From Gemmatimonadota bacterium (GTDB lineage Bacteria; Gemmatimonadota; Gemmatimonadetes; Gemmatimonadales; GWC2-71-9): a stretch of DNA of 59,261 nucleotides. The stretch covers positions 1-59,261 of the forward strand of contig JBDHDE010000033.1 of the NCBI GenBank assembly GCA_039591655.1, read 5' to 3'. The stretch's first letter is position 1; each line of letters opens with the position of its first letter. Shown here one piece after another: positions 28,638 through 38,290 of this stretch. Both the position numbers and the translations under genes were made by a program. The notes under the pieces were generated by a model. That model made no database searches and was not told where the DNA came from. It saw nothing but the letters and a program-made list of their open reading frames with translations.

Positions 28638-29885
28638 GTGCGGCCCTCGGGCAACAAGAACGCGGCGCTGCCGATCATCGCAGCGTCTCTCCTGGCCGAC
28701 GGGCCAAGCCGGCTCACCAACGTGCCGCGGATCCGCGACGTCGAGACGATGCTGGCGCTCGCCGCCGATCTGGGGGCCGAGATCGCCTGGGAGAGCGACC
28801 ACACCGTCACGGTCGATCCCGCCGGACTGCAGCCCAAGCGCCTCGATCCGGACCTGTGCGCCTCCATGCGAGCCTCGATCCTCTTCGCCGGCCCGCTGCT
28901 CGCCCGGTTTGGCCGCGTCACCCTGCCGCCGCCGGGAGGCGACGTGATCGGCCGGCGTCGCCTCGATACGCACTTCATCGCGTTCGAGCTCCTCGGCGCG
29001 ATCGTGGAGCTGGGGACCGACTACCAGCTAGAGGCGAAGGAGCTCAGCGGCGCGGACATCTTCCTGGACGAGCCTTCCGTCACAGCCACCGAGAATGCCC
29101 TCATGGCAGCCACCCGGGCCCGCGGCCTCACCGTGCTGCATAACGCCGCGTGCGAGCCCCACGTGCAGGACCTGGCTCGAGCCCTCGTCACCATGGGCGC
29201 GCATATCGACGGCATCGGTACGAACGTGTTGATGGTGGAGGGCGGCCACGCACTGCGGGGAGCCACGCTGGAAGTGGGCCCCGACCACGTCGAGATCGGC
29301 AGCTTCATTGGGCTTGCGGCGGTAACCAACGGAGAGATCGAGATCGTGGATACGCGACCCGACGACCTGCGGAGCATCCTGCTCAATTTCGACCGGCTCG
29401 GGGTGCGGCCCCGCATCGAGGGAAACAGCCTCATCGTCGATACCAACCAGGAGCGCCGCATCAAGCCAGATCTGGGCGGCCACGTCCCCAAGATCGAGGA
29501 CGGCCCCTGGCCCGCGTTCCCCGCAGATCTCACGTCCATTGCGGTCGTGGTCGCGACGCAGTGCGAGGGCATGATCCTCGTCTTCGAGAAGATGTTCGAG
29601 TCACGCCTGTTCTTCGTAGACAAGCTCGTCGGCCTCGGTGCGCGGCTCCTCCTGTGCGACCCCCATCGGGTCGTGATCTCCGGTCCATCGCAGCTCACCG
29701 GGGGGGTGGTAGAGAGTCCCGATATTAGGGCCGGCATGGCCATGCTGCTGGCCGCCCTCGCCGCCGATGGAGAGAGCATCATCCACAACATCGGTCAGAT
29801 CGACCGGGGGTACGAGCGCATCGACGACCGCCTCCGGGGGCTGGGAGCGACCATCGAGCGCACCGAGTGGGAAGGACGGCGGTGA
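28638..29885 (+). CDS. murA: UDP-N-acetylglucosamine 1-carboxyvinyltransferase (Asp-type; 5' end anomalous)
   Basis: SGNKNAALP, MRASI, PGGDVIGRR, SVTATEN, NAACEP, PAFPADL, SPDIRAG, IDRGY. Confidence 0.95.
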   Translation: MRPSGNKNAALPIIAASLLADGPSRLTNVPRIRDVETMLALAADLGAEIAWESDHTVTVDPAGLQPKRLDPDLCASMRASILFAGPLLARFGRVTLPPPGGDVIGRRRLDTHFIAFELLGAIVELGTDYQLEAKELSGADIFLDEPSVTATENALMAATRARGLTVLHNAACEPHVQDLARALVTMGAHIDGIGTNVLMVEGGHALRGATLEVGPDHVEIGSFIGLAAVTNGEIEIVDTRPDDLRSILLNFDRLGVRPRIEGNSLIVDTNQERRIKPDLGGHVPKIEDGPWPAFPADLTSIAVVVATQCEGMILVFEKMFESRLFFVDKLVGLGARLLLCDPHRVVISGPSQLTGGVVESPDIRAGMAMLLAALAADGESIIHNIGQIDRGYERIDDRLRGLGATIERTEWEGRR

Positions 29886-30649
29886 GCCACACCGCTGGTG
29901 GGGCGCTCAGCGAATCACTCATCACAGGAAGCGGCGTCGAGCGGTACGAATTGGCCGACTGGCGCCACGATTACGGGATTGCCGCCGGAGTCACCGCCGC
30001 CGGCGACGGGCGCGACTACGGGCTCCGGACGGCGCCACCTGCAGGCGCCACCCGGGAACGCTGGAACGGCCTGCCGGCGGCTCTCGTCGGTGGCTGGCGC
30101 GGCGTGGTGGTGAGCCGCCAGGTACACGGACGCGACGTCGCCGTGCACCAGGAGACCGGCACCGGGCTCCGGATCCTGGAGGGGCTGGACGGCCACGTGA
30201 CGCAGCGCCGGGACCTGCTCCTGAGCGTCACGGTAGCCGACTGCGTGCCCGTCTATCTGCTGGAGCCGCGCTCCGCCACACTGGGCCTGCTGCACGCCGG
30301 ATGGCGCGGCATCGCCTGCGGCGTGTTCGAGGCCGGGATTCATGCGATGTGTGAGGTTGCCGGCGCCGCGCCACCGGACCTCATAATGCATTGCGGTGTA
30401 GGTATTTGCGGATCCTGCTACGAGGTCGGACCTGAGGTCGTGGAGGCCGTCATCGGCACCCGCGCCACGGGCCCCGCCGGGCTGGATCTGAGGGAGGTAC
30501 TGCGGGTGCGGGCCGCAGCGCTGGACCTGACGCGCGTGACGGTGAGCCCCTGGTGCACCGCCCATGACGGCGGTCGGTTCTACTCGCACCGGCGCTCCGC
30601 CGGTGCCGATGGGAGGATGGCGGCCTATCTGGGGGTCGCCGCGCCTTGA
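29882..30649 (+). CDS. pgeF: YfiH/PgeF family (purine nucleoside phosphorylase/laccase-domain) protein
   Basis: QVHG, DGHVT, VADCVPV, HAGWRG, CYEVG, CT-x-FYSHRR, GRM. Confidence 0.88.
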   Translation: MSHTAGGALSESLITGSGVERYELADWRHDYGIAAGVTAAGDGRDYGLRTAPPAGATRERWNGLPAALVGGWRGVVVSRQVHGRDVAVHQETGTGLRILEGLDGHVTQRRDLLLSVTVADCVPVYLLEPRSATLGLLHAGWRGIACGVFEAGIHAMCEVAGAAPPDLIMHCGVGICGSCYEVGPEVVEAVIGTRATGPAGLDLREVLRVRAAALDLTRVTVSPWCTAHDGGRFYSHRRSAGADGRMAAYLGVAAP

Positions 30650-30718
30650 GCGGATAGCCGCAAGGCTGTACATTTGTCGGGTACACGGTGCGGGCGTAGT
30701 GGGCCCGCGCTTTTTTTT
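30646..30718 (+). promoter_or_regulatory. rimP-nusA-infB promoter with a terminator-like leader hairpin
   Basis: TTGAGC, 17 nt, TACATT (30646-30674); stem GTGCGGGC/GCCCGCGC (30688-30710) then T8 ending 7 nt before the rimP ATG. Confidence 0.7.
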
Positions 30719-30725
30719 GGAACGC

Positions 30726-31232
30726 ATGGACGACACAGCGGCACTCACAGCCGAGATCCGGGCCCGCGTTGCGGAGCTGGGCTACGAGCTGGTGGACCTG
30801 CGGCAGCGCGGCTCCCCCCGACGGGTGGTGCTGCAGGTGCGGGTCGACCGGCCCGATGCGGAACCTGGACAGGGCATCACGATCGAGGAGTGCGCCGCCG
30901 TGAGCCGCGTGCTCGAGGCCTGGCTGGACGAGGCGGATGTCCTGGGGCCGCGCTACGCGCTGGAGGTCTCATCGCCCGGCATCGAGCGCCCGGTGCGGTG
31001 GCGCGAGCACTGGGAGCGATTCGCCGGCCGCGACGTGAACGTGCGGTTGCACGAGCGCCGCCGTCTCAAGGCCACGATCGTCGGGGTCGTCCCAGATGCC
31101 GACGCCGTGATCCTGCGGCCCACAGACGGTGGCGAGGACCTCACGGTCGCGCTCGACGATGTGCGGGAAGCGACGCTGGTCGTGGACTGGACTGCGCTCG
31201 AGCGCTCAGCGGCGCGGCGCAAGAGACACTGA
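30726..31232 (+). CDS. rimP: Ribosome maturation factor RimP
   Basis: GYELVD, GITIEECAAVSR, YALEVSSPGIERP; upstream of nusA. Confidence 0.94.
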   Translation: MDDTAALTAEIRARVAELGYELVDLRQRGSPRRVVLQVRVDRPDAEPGQGITIEECAAVSRVLEAWLDEADVLGPRYALEVSSPGIERPVRWREHWERFAGRDVNVRLHERRRLKATIVGVVPDADAVILRPTDGGEDLTVALDDVREATLVVDWTALERSAARRKRH

Positions 31233-31251
31233 GAGGGATAAAGGAGTACGG

Positions 31252-32772
31252 ATGACAACTCCCGCCGAGATCATAACCGCGTTGCGGGAACTGGCGAACA
31301 CCAAGCAGCTCGATCGGGAGGAGTTGGTCGACTTGCTCAGGGACGGCATTCACGCTGCCCTGGTGAAGCGCTACGGCCCCAACGTGAGGGCGGAGATCGA
31401 AGTCGACGATCTGAAGGGAACGATCCACACGACGGTGCTGAAAGACGTGGTCGAGGATGTCGAGGATCCCAGCTCCCAGGTCGCGCTGCAGGATGCGCAG
31501 TGGGAGGACCCCGAGTTCCAGGTGGGCGACGTGCTCGAGGAAGAGGTTCCATTCGAGGCTTTCGGGCGCCTAGCCGTGCAGGCTGCCAAGCAGCGCATCA
31601 TCCAGCGAGTTCGCGAAGGGGAACGGGCGCGGATTCGCGAGGAGTTCGGACCCCAGGTCAGTGAGTTGGTCTCCGGAGAAGTGCAGCAGATCGAGCGAGG
31701 GCGGCTCGTGATCATGCTGAACAAGTTCCGTGAAGCCGAGGCCATCATCCCGTACCGCGAGCAGAACCCGCGCGAGCATTTCCACCAGGGCGACCCGATT
31801 CGGGCCGTGCTCAAGCGCCTGGAGGAGACGCCCAAAGGACCGCGGCTCATTCTCTCGCGGGCCGACCCGCATTTCGTGCAGGCGCTCTTCAAGCTCGAGG
31901 TCCCGGAGATCCAGCAGGCGATCGTCGAGATCCGCGCCTCAGCGCGGGAGGTCGCGTCCCGCACCAAGATCGCGGTGGTGAGCCGCGACGACTCCATCGA
32001 TCCGGTAGGCGCCTGCGTTGGCATGAAGGGCAGCCGGGTCCAGGCGGTCGTGAATGAGCTCGGTGGGGAGCGGATCGACATCGTACCGTGGTCCCCGGAT
32101 CCGGAGCGCTTTGCCAAGCTGGCCCTGGCGCCGGCGCGGGTCTCACGGGTGTTCTCCGATCCGGAATCCAAGACCATTCAAGCCATCGTGGACGAGGATC
32201 AGCTGTCGTTGGCCATCGGCAGGAACGGGCAGAATGTCCGGCTGGCGTCGGAGCTCACCGGTTGGAAGATCGATCTCTACTCGAGCCGCGAGTGGCTGGA
32301 GCGGGGCGGGGAAGGACCACTGTTCGCGCCCCTGGAGCCAGAGGATGAGCTCGTGGCCGACGTGCTGCTGAACGAGCTCAAGGGCATGCCACTCGACCTC
32401 GTGGAGACCCTCGAAGCAACGGGGAAGAAATCACTGCGGGACATCCTGGATCTCGAGCGGGACGACGTGCTCAAGATCGAGGGCATCACGGGGGACCAGG
32501 CCGACTTCCTCATGGCGTTCCTGACTGAGCTCACCGAGGAAAACGTCGAGGCCGAGGCCGAAGCCGCCAAGGAGAAGGAGGAGGCGTCCTCCGAGGACTC
32601 CGAGCCGGAGGCGACACCGATGGCGGCCGAGGCCGAAGCGGCGGCGAAGGAGAAGGAGGAGGCATCCTCCGAGGACTCCGAGCCGGAGGCGACACCGATT
32701 GCGGCCGAGGCCGAAGCAGCGGCCAAGGAGAAGGAGGAGGTATCCTCCGAGGACTCCGAGCCGGCGGCGTGA
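31252..32772 (+). CDS. nusA: Transcription elongation factor NusA
   Basis: FGRLAVQAAKQ; S1 and KH domains (DPVGACVG, AIGRNGQNVRLA); AAGGAG RBS. Confidence 0.97.
   Translation: MTTPAEIITALRELANTKQLDREELVDLLRDGIHAALVKRYGPNVRAEIEVDDLKGTIHTTVLKDVVEDVEDPSSQVALQDAQWEDPEFQVGDVLEEEVPFEAFGRLAVQAAKQRIIQRVREGERARIREEFGPQVSELVSGEVQQIERGRLVIMLNKFREAEAIIPYREQNPREHFHQGDPIRAVLKRLEETPKGPRLILSRADPHFVQALFKLEVPEIQQAIVEIRASAREVASRTKIAVVSRDDSIDPVGACVGMKGSRVQAVVNELGGERIDIVPWSPDPERFAKLALAPARVSRVFSDPESKTIQAIVDEDQLSLAIGRNGQNVRLASELTGWKIDLYSSREWLERGGEGPLFAPLEPEDELVADVLLNELKGMPLDLVETLEATGKKSLRDILDLERDDVLKIEGITGDQADFLMAFLTELTEENVEAEAEAAKEKEEASSEDSEPEATPMAAEAEAAAKEKEEASSEDSEPEATPIAAEAEAAAKEKEEVSSEDSEPAA
32551..32763 (+). 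repeat. About 3 copies of a 75-78 bp in-frame repeat in the nusA tail
   Basis: Units start at 32551, 32626, 32704 and encode AEAEA(A)AKEKEEASSEDSEPEATP[MI]A. Confidence 0.95.
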
Positions 32773-33092
32773 TGACCGACGAGCAGCTCAGATTGCTGGG
32801 GCTCGGCATGCGGGCGGGACATGTGGTCGTGGGCACCGGTGGCGTGCGCGCCGCTTTGCAGCGCGGCGAGCTCGACCTGGTGGTGGTGGCCGTCGATCAC
32901 AGTCCCCGCACGGCCGACAAGGTAGTGCGACTCGCCAGGGCTACGGGTGTTGAGACGCTGGAGGGACCTCCGGCCGGCCAGCTAGGACGTCGCCTGGGCC
33001 GGAGTAGCGTTCAGTCGGTCGGAGTGCGCGACCGGCAGTTGACCGCCGGCATCCTCGGCGGGCGGGTGCGAAAGCACGCGAGGAGGACGTAG
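32772..33092 (+). CDS. L7Ae/YlxQ-like RNA-binding protein
   Basis: LLGLGMRAG, VVG, LGRRLGR; lies between nusA and infB. Confidence 0.85.
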   Translation: MTDEQLRLLGLGMRAGHVVVGTGGVRAALQRGELDLVVVAVDHSPRTADKVVRLARATGVETLEGPPAGQLGRRLGRSSVQSVGVRDRQLTAGILGGRVRKHARRT

Positions 33093-35821
33093 TGGGCAAG
33101 ACGCGGATCCATGATCTCGCGGCGGAGTTCGGCATGGAGAGCGGGCAACTGATCCAGTTGCTCGCCGACATGGGCGTTCACGTGCGCAGTCACCTCTCGG
33201 GGCTGGACGAGGGCCAGGTAGCTCGCATCCGCACGCGGTGGGAGCGAGAGAAGCGCCGCGCCGCGCAACCGGAGCCGAAGAGCGGCACGGGGAGACGCAA
33301 GAAGGCCACCCGCAAGAAGGCCACCAAGACCGCAAAGGCCCCGGCGCCGGAGGCGCGACCCCGCCGCAGGCGGCGCACGGCAGCGGAGGTCGCCGCCCGG
33401 GCCCAGGCCGATGAGGAGGCGCGCGCCCAGGCGGAGGCCGAGGCGGCTGCGGTGATCGAGGCAGAGGAGCCCGCTGCCGAGGAGAAGCCCTCGCTCGAGG
33501 AGCGCGCCGCCGCACTGTTCCGTGAGCCCGCTGAGGCCAGCACGACCGCCGAGCCCCTTGATGAGGTGGCAGTGGAGGCCGGGGCACCGGCGGAGCCCGA
33601 GGTCCCGGTGGAGGAGGAGGAGCTGGCTCCCGCCGAGCTCGAGGTGCATCCTGAGCCGCCGGCTGCCCCTGCGGAGCCGACCAAGAGGCGGGCCAAGCCG
33701 AAGCGCGTCGAGCGGGTCGCCCCCCCGCCGCGCCTGAGGCCCGTCGCCTCGTCCGGCCCGCGCCCGGTGGCGTCTGCCGCCCCCGGAGAGATCGCCGAGG
33801 AGCGGCGCAGGGACAAGAAGCGCCGCCGCAAGGGCAAGCGCTCGCAGGTGGACAAGGAGGCGGTCGCCGCCAACATCTCCCGCACCCTCGCCTCGATCAA
33901 GGGGCCCGCTCCGAGGAAGACCACCCGGCGCCGGGACGACGAGCCCTCGGCGCGCGAGATCGCCGAGCAGCGAAGGGCCGAGGAGCAGGAACGGGAGAGG
34001 ACCCTCGTCCGGGTCACCGAGTTCATCACCGTGTCGGAGCTCGCCGGCAATCTCAATGTGAACCCCACCGAGATCGTCACCTTCTGCTTCAAGGAGCTGG
34101 GGATGATGGTCACGGTGAACCAGCGTCTCGACTTCGATCAGATCGATCTCATCGCCGGCGCGTTTGGCTTCAATGCCGAGCGGGAAGAGGAATACGTCCC
34201 GACCGATGCCATCGTGGAGGAAGAGGCCGACCAGCCCGAGGATCTGCATTCCCGCCCGCCGGTCGTGACCGTCATGGGCCACGTGGACCACGGCAAGACC
34301 TCGCTGCTGGACTACATCCGGAACACGAACGTCATCGCCGGCGAGTCGGGGGGCATTACGCAGCACATCGGCGCCTACCATGCCCAGCTGCCCAACGGCA
34401 AGGTGGTGACGTTCCTCGACACCCCGGGCCACGAAGCCTTCACAGCCATGCGTGCCCGGGGCGCCCAGATCACCGACATCGTGGTGCTGGTGGTGGCCGC
34501 CGACGATCAGGTGATGCCCCAGACCGTCGAGGCCATCAGCCACGCCAAGAACGCCGGCGTGCCCATGGTCGTGGCGATCAACAAGATCGATCTGCCGGCA
34601 GCGGACGCCGAGAAGGTGAAGCAGGGCCTGCTGCAGCACGGCGTGGTGGCCGAGGAGTACGGCGGCGACACCATGGCCCAGGCGATCTCCGCCAAGTCGG
34701 GGCAGGGCGTGGACGAGCTGCTGGACAAGATCCTCCTGCAGGCGGAGCTGCAGGACAAGAAGGCGAACCCCGATCGCCTGGCGCGGGGGACGGTGCTGGA
34801 AGGCACCCTCGACCCCGGCAAGGGCCCGGTGGCCACCGTGCTGGTGGAGAACGGCACCATCCAGGTGGGCCACGACTTCATCTGCGGGAACCTGGCGGGC
34901 CGTGTCCGGGCACTGATGGACGAGCGAGGCCAGCGGGTGGAAGCCGCCGGTCCCTCGATTCCGGTGCAGGTCCTCGGATTCGACGGCGTACCCCAGGCCG
35001 GTGACACGTTCATGGCCGTGCCGAGAGAGGCCGACGCCCGGGAAATAGCGCAGAAGCGCCAACGGCTCGACCGCGAAGCATCGCACCGGCGGAGCCTGCG
35101 CGGCGTCTCCCTGGAAGAGATCTCCAAGCAGATCGAAGAGGGGGCCATCCAGGCGCTCAACATCATCATCAAGGCGGACCAGGGCGGTCCCGCCGAGGCG
35201 CTGGCCGATGCGTTCGCGAAGCTCTCCACCGACGAGGTCAGGGTCGAGGTGATCCACCGCGGAGTCGGCGCGATCACCGAGAGCGACGTGATCCTCGCCA
35301 GGGCCTCCGATGCCGTCGTGGTGGGCTTCAATGTGCGACCGGACGCCAACGCCCGCATGATGGCGGAGCGCGAAAAGGTGGACCTGCGCACCTACCGGGT
35401 CATCTACGAGGCGGTGGAGGACGTCAAGGCGGCGCTGGAGGGCATGCTCGCACCGGAGGAGAAGGAGATCGTGCTGGGCGAAGCCGAGGTGCTGCAGACC
35501 TTCAAGATCTCCGGCGTCGGCACCATCGCCGGCTGCTCGGTGCGCCACGGGATGATACGGCGCGGTGCCAACATCCGCGTGCTCCGCGACGGCGTGGTCA
35601 TCTACGACGGCCAAATGGCCAGCCTCAAGCGCTTCAAGGACGATGTCCGGGAGGTGAAGGAAGGCTTCGAGTGCGGTATCGGCGTCGAGAACTTCAACGA
35701 CGTCAAGGTCGGGGACATCCTGGAGGCCTACCACATCGAGCAGATCGCGCGCTCGCTGGAGGACACCGATTCCGCAGGCACCATACGGGCGCAGGCGCAG
35801 GTCGAGACGAAGGGCGGCTGA
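33092..35821 (+). CDS. infB: Translation initiation factor IF-2
   Basis: [40 protein letters not shown]. Confidence 0.99.
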   Translation: MGKTRIHDLAAEFGMESGQLIQLLADMGVHVRSHLSGLDEGQVARIRTRWEREKRRAAQPEPKSGTGRRKKATRKKATKTAKAPAPEARPRRRRRTAAEVAARAQADEEARAQAEAEAAAVIEAEEPAAEEKPSLEERAAALFREPAEASTTAEPLDEVAVEAGAPAEPEVPVEEEELAPAELEVHPEPPAAPAEPTKRRAKPKRVERVAPPPRLRPVASSGPRPVASAAPGEIAEERRRDKKRRRKGKRSQVDKEAVAANISRTLASIKGPAPRKTTRRRDDEPSAREIAEQRRAEEQERERTLVRVTEFITVSELAGNLNVNPTEIVTFCFKELGMMVTVNQRLDFDQIDLIAGAFGFNAEREEEYVPTDAIVEEEADQPEDLHSRPPVVTVMGHVDHGKTSLLDYIRNTNVIAGESGGITQHIGAYHAQLPNGKVVTFLDTPGHEAFTAMRARGAQITDIVVLVVAADDQVMPQTVEAISHAKNAGVPMVVAINKIDLPAADAEKVKQGLLQHGVVAEEYGGDTMAQAISAKSGQGVDELLDKILLQAELQDKKANPDRLARGTVLEGTLDPGKGPVATVLVENGTIQVGHDFICGNLAGRVRALMDERGQRVEAAGPSIPVQVLGFDGVPQAGDTFMAVPREADAREIAQKRQRLDREASHRRSLRGVSLEEISKQIEEGAIQALNIIIKADQGGPAEALADAFAKLSTDEVRVEVIHRGVGAITESDVILARASDAVVVGFNVRPDANARMMAEREKVDLRTYRVIYEAVEDVKAALEGMLAPEEKEIVLGEAEVLQTFKISGVGTIAGCSVRHGMIRRGANIRVLRDGVVIYDGQMASLKRFKDDVREVKEGFECGIGVENFNDVKVGDILEAYHIEQIARSLEDTDSAGTIRAQAQVETKGG

Positions 35822-35838
35822 GCGAGGGGAACCCTGAC

Positions 35839-36120
35839 GTGGTAGTCGCGATCGTAACCTGGGAGCTGCACCTCAACGGGTGCCAGTCCCTCAAGGACAA
35901 GCGACGGATCCTCAAGAGCCTGAAGGACCGGCTCCACCAGCGCTTCAACGTCTCTGTGGCCGAGACCGCCCATCACGACCTCTGGCAGCGGGCCGAGCTC
36001 GCGTGTGGCGTCGTCGCCCGGGATCGGCGCCAGGCGATGGCGGTGCTCAGCCAGGCCGACAAGCTCGTCGAGGGCAACGGGCACGTGCGTATCATCGACT
36101 CCGCCACCACCGTCCTATAA
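35839..36120 (+). CDS. DUF503 (YlxP) family protein
   Basis: SLKDKR, RFNVSVAE, DLWQRA; canonical position between infB and rbfA. Confidence 0.9.
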   Translation: MVVAIVTWELHLNGCQSLKDKRRILKSLKDRLHQRFNVSVAETAHHDLWQRAELACGVVARDRRQAMAVLSQADKLVEGNGHVRIIDSATTVL

Positions 36121-36479
36121 TGGCAACCGGCCGACACCGACCGGAGCGCGTAGCCACGCTCGTGAAGGAAGCGCTCGCCGCCGCCCTCGCCACCCAGCTC
36201 AAGGACCCCCGCGTCGGGTTCGTCACGATAGTGGGAGTGAGCGTCTCTCCCGACTGCACCCACGCGGAGGTGCGGGTCAGTGTCTTGGGCGGCGACGAGG
36301 ACAAGGCCAGCGCCATGAACGGTCTGGCGAGCGCCACCGGCTACCTTCGCTCGTGCCTCGCCCGCACGCTCACCCTGCGTTCCGCTCCCGAGCTCCACTT
36401 CGTACTGGACCGGGGCTTGGAGCACGCGCAGCGTATTGATCATCTCCTCGACCAGCTTAGACGCGAGGCCGAGTCCTGA
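36120..36479 (+). CDS. rbfA: Ribosome-binding factor A
   Basis: KDPRVGFVTI, VSPD, GYLR, LRSAPELHFVLD. Confidence 0.94.
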   Translation: MATGRHRPERVATLVKEALAAALATQLKDPRVGFVTIVGVSVSPDCTHAEVRVSVLGGDEDKASAMNGLASATGYLRSCLARTLTLRSAPELHFVLDRGLEHAQRIDHLLDQLRREAES

Positions 36480-37333
36480 GCGACGGATTCCTGCTCCTCG
36501 ACAAGCCGCCGGGCCCCACCTCACACGACGTGGTCGACATGGTGCGCCGTGCCCTGGGTGTGCGGCGGGTAGGGCACGCCGGAACCCTGGACCCCTTCGC
36601 AACCGGGCTGCTCATCGTGCTGGTGGGGCGCGCCACCCGGCTCTCGCAATACCTCGTCGACCTCCCCAAGTCCTATGCCGGCGTCCTCGTGCTCGGGACG
36701 GAGACGGAGACCGACGACCGCACTGGTGTGGTGGTGCAATCCCTGGACGCGTGGCGCGGGGTGACGCAGGCAGCCATTGCCCAGGCCATGACGGACCTCA
36801 CGGGGCAGATCGAGCAGCGTCCCCCGGCGTACTCCGCCAAGCACACAGGCGGCCGGCGCGCGCACCACCTGGTCCGTCGGGGGCAGACCGTGGAGCTCGA
36901 GCCCCGGACGGTCGTGGTGAGCCGGTTCGAGCTGCGCGAGCAGGAGGGCCCGCGGGTGTCCTTCGCCGCGGAGGTGAGTGGCGGTACCTACGTCCGCGCC
37001 CTGGCCCGGGACTTGGGGCGGAGCCTGGGCTGCGGCGCCCACCTCGACGAGCTGCGCCGCACCGCCGTGGGACCGTTTCGCGTGGAGGATGCCGTAGCGC
37101 TCGACGCCCTCGAGCGCGACCCGCCGGCGCTCCACCCACCGAGCGAGGCCGTGCCGCACCTCTCGCAGCTCGAGCTGGACGAGGCCCGGCGGGCCCAGGT
37201 GGTACACGGCCAACCCGTGCCGGGAGAGGGCGTCGGCACCGAGCCCGTGGCCCTGGTGGCCCACGGCCAGCTCATCGCCATCGCCGAGCCCACCGGTGGC
37301 TTCCTCAAGCCCCGGGTCGTGCTCGAAGGATGA
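36476..37333 (+). CDS. truB: tRNA pseudouridine(55) synthase (probable CTG start)
   Basis: GFLLLDKPPGPTSHDVV, GHAGTLDPFATG, PPAYSAK, GTYVRAL; the conserved N-terminus lies upstream of the first GTG/ATG. Confidence 0.95.
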   Translation: MSDGFLLLDKPPGPTSHDVVDMVRRALGVRRVGHAGTLDPFATGLLIVLVGRATRLSQYLVDLPKSYAGVLVLGTETETDDRTGVVVQSLDAWRGVTQAAIAQAMTDLTGQIEQRPPAYSAKHTGGRRAHHLVRRGQTVELEPRTVVVSRFELREQEGPRVSFAAEVSGGTYVRALARDLGRSLGCGAHLDELRRTAVGPFRVEDAVALDALERDPPALHPPSEAVPHLSQLELDEARRAQVVHGQPVPGEGVGTEPVALVAHGQLIAIAEPTGGFLKPRVVLEG

Positions 37334-38247
37334 TCGACATCCCGCCACTCCCCCAGGACGGTCGGGGCACGGTGGTCACCGTGGGCACCTTTGACGGCGT
37401 CCACCTGGGCCACCGGGAGGTGCTCGCCGAGATCGCGGTCCGAGCCAGGCGAGCCAACCGCCGCAGCCTGCTCGTCACGTTCGAGCCCCATCCGATGGAG
37501 ATCGTGAACCCTCCCGCCGCCCCGGGCCTCCTGACCCTGGCCCACGAGCGCCGTGAGTTCCTCGCCCAGTGTGACGTGGACGTGGTCGTCTTCCTGGCCT
37601 TCACGCGCCGGCTCTCCCGGTACTCGCCGGAGGCCTTCGTGCGGTTCCTGCTGGAGCGATTCGAGATGCGCGAGCTCGTCATCGGCCACGACCACGGGTT
37701 CGGTCGGGGCAGAACGGGCAACGTGCAGCTGTTGCAGCGCCTCGGGCGCGAGCTCGGCTTCGAAGTGGACGTCGTCGAACAGGTGGACGTGGGTGGGCGG
37801 GCCGTCTCGTCCACGCTGGTACGCCGCGCGGTGGCCGGCGGCGACCTGGAGACGGCGGAGCGCATGCTGGGCCGCCCGTACTCCCTCTCCGGAACGGTGA
37901 TCCGGGGGGCCCGGCGTGGGCGGAACCTGGGCTACCCAACCGTGAACCTGGCCCTGCCGGACCGTCGCAAGCTGCTGCCGCCCGATGGCGTGTATGCGGT
38001 GCGGCTCGAGTGGGCCGCGGGAGTGGCCGGAGCCATGATGCATCAGGGGCCCCGTCCCACCTTCGGCGAGACGGACCGCAGCCTCGAGGCCCACGTCTTC
38101 GACACCGACCTCGACCTCTATGACCAGGAGGTCAAGCTGTCTTGGATCGCCCGTTTGCGGGACGTGGTGAGGTTCCCCACGCCTGCGGCGCTCAAGCAGC
38201 AGCTGGACAAGGACTTTGCCGCCGCGCACGCCGCGTTGACACGGTGA
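37330..38247 (+). CDS. ribF: Bifunctional riboflavin kinase/FAD synthetase
   Basis: GTFDGVHLGH, TFEPHP, GHDHGFG, VSST-x-R, GYPTVN, GVYAV, EAH-x-D. Confidence 0.95.
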   Translation: MIDIPPLPQDGRGTVVTVGTFDGVHLGHREVLAEIAVRARRANRRSLLVTFEPHPMEIVNPPAAPGLLTLAHERREFLAQCDVDVVVFLAFTRRLSRYSPEAFVRFLLERFEMRELVIGHDHGFGRGRTGNVQLLQRLGRELGFEVDVVEQVDVGGRAVSSTLVRRAVAGGDLETAERMLGRPYSLSGTVIRGARRGRNLGYPTVNLALPDRRKLLPPDGVYAVRLEWAAGVAGAMMHQGPRPTFGETDRSLEAHVFDTDLDLYDQEVKLSWIARLRDVVRFPTPAALKQQLDKDFAAAHAALTR

Positions 38248-38290
38248 GGTATGATCAGTAGTCATTAACGCCCCTACAGCACGCGACATC

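Noticed and set aside
38236..38266. secD promoter (TTGACA at 38236, TATGAT at 38250)
   Set aside because: The two boxes are only 8 nt apart, and the hexamer at correct spacing (TAGTCA) is weak; too ambiguous to call.
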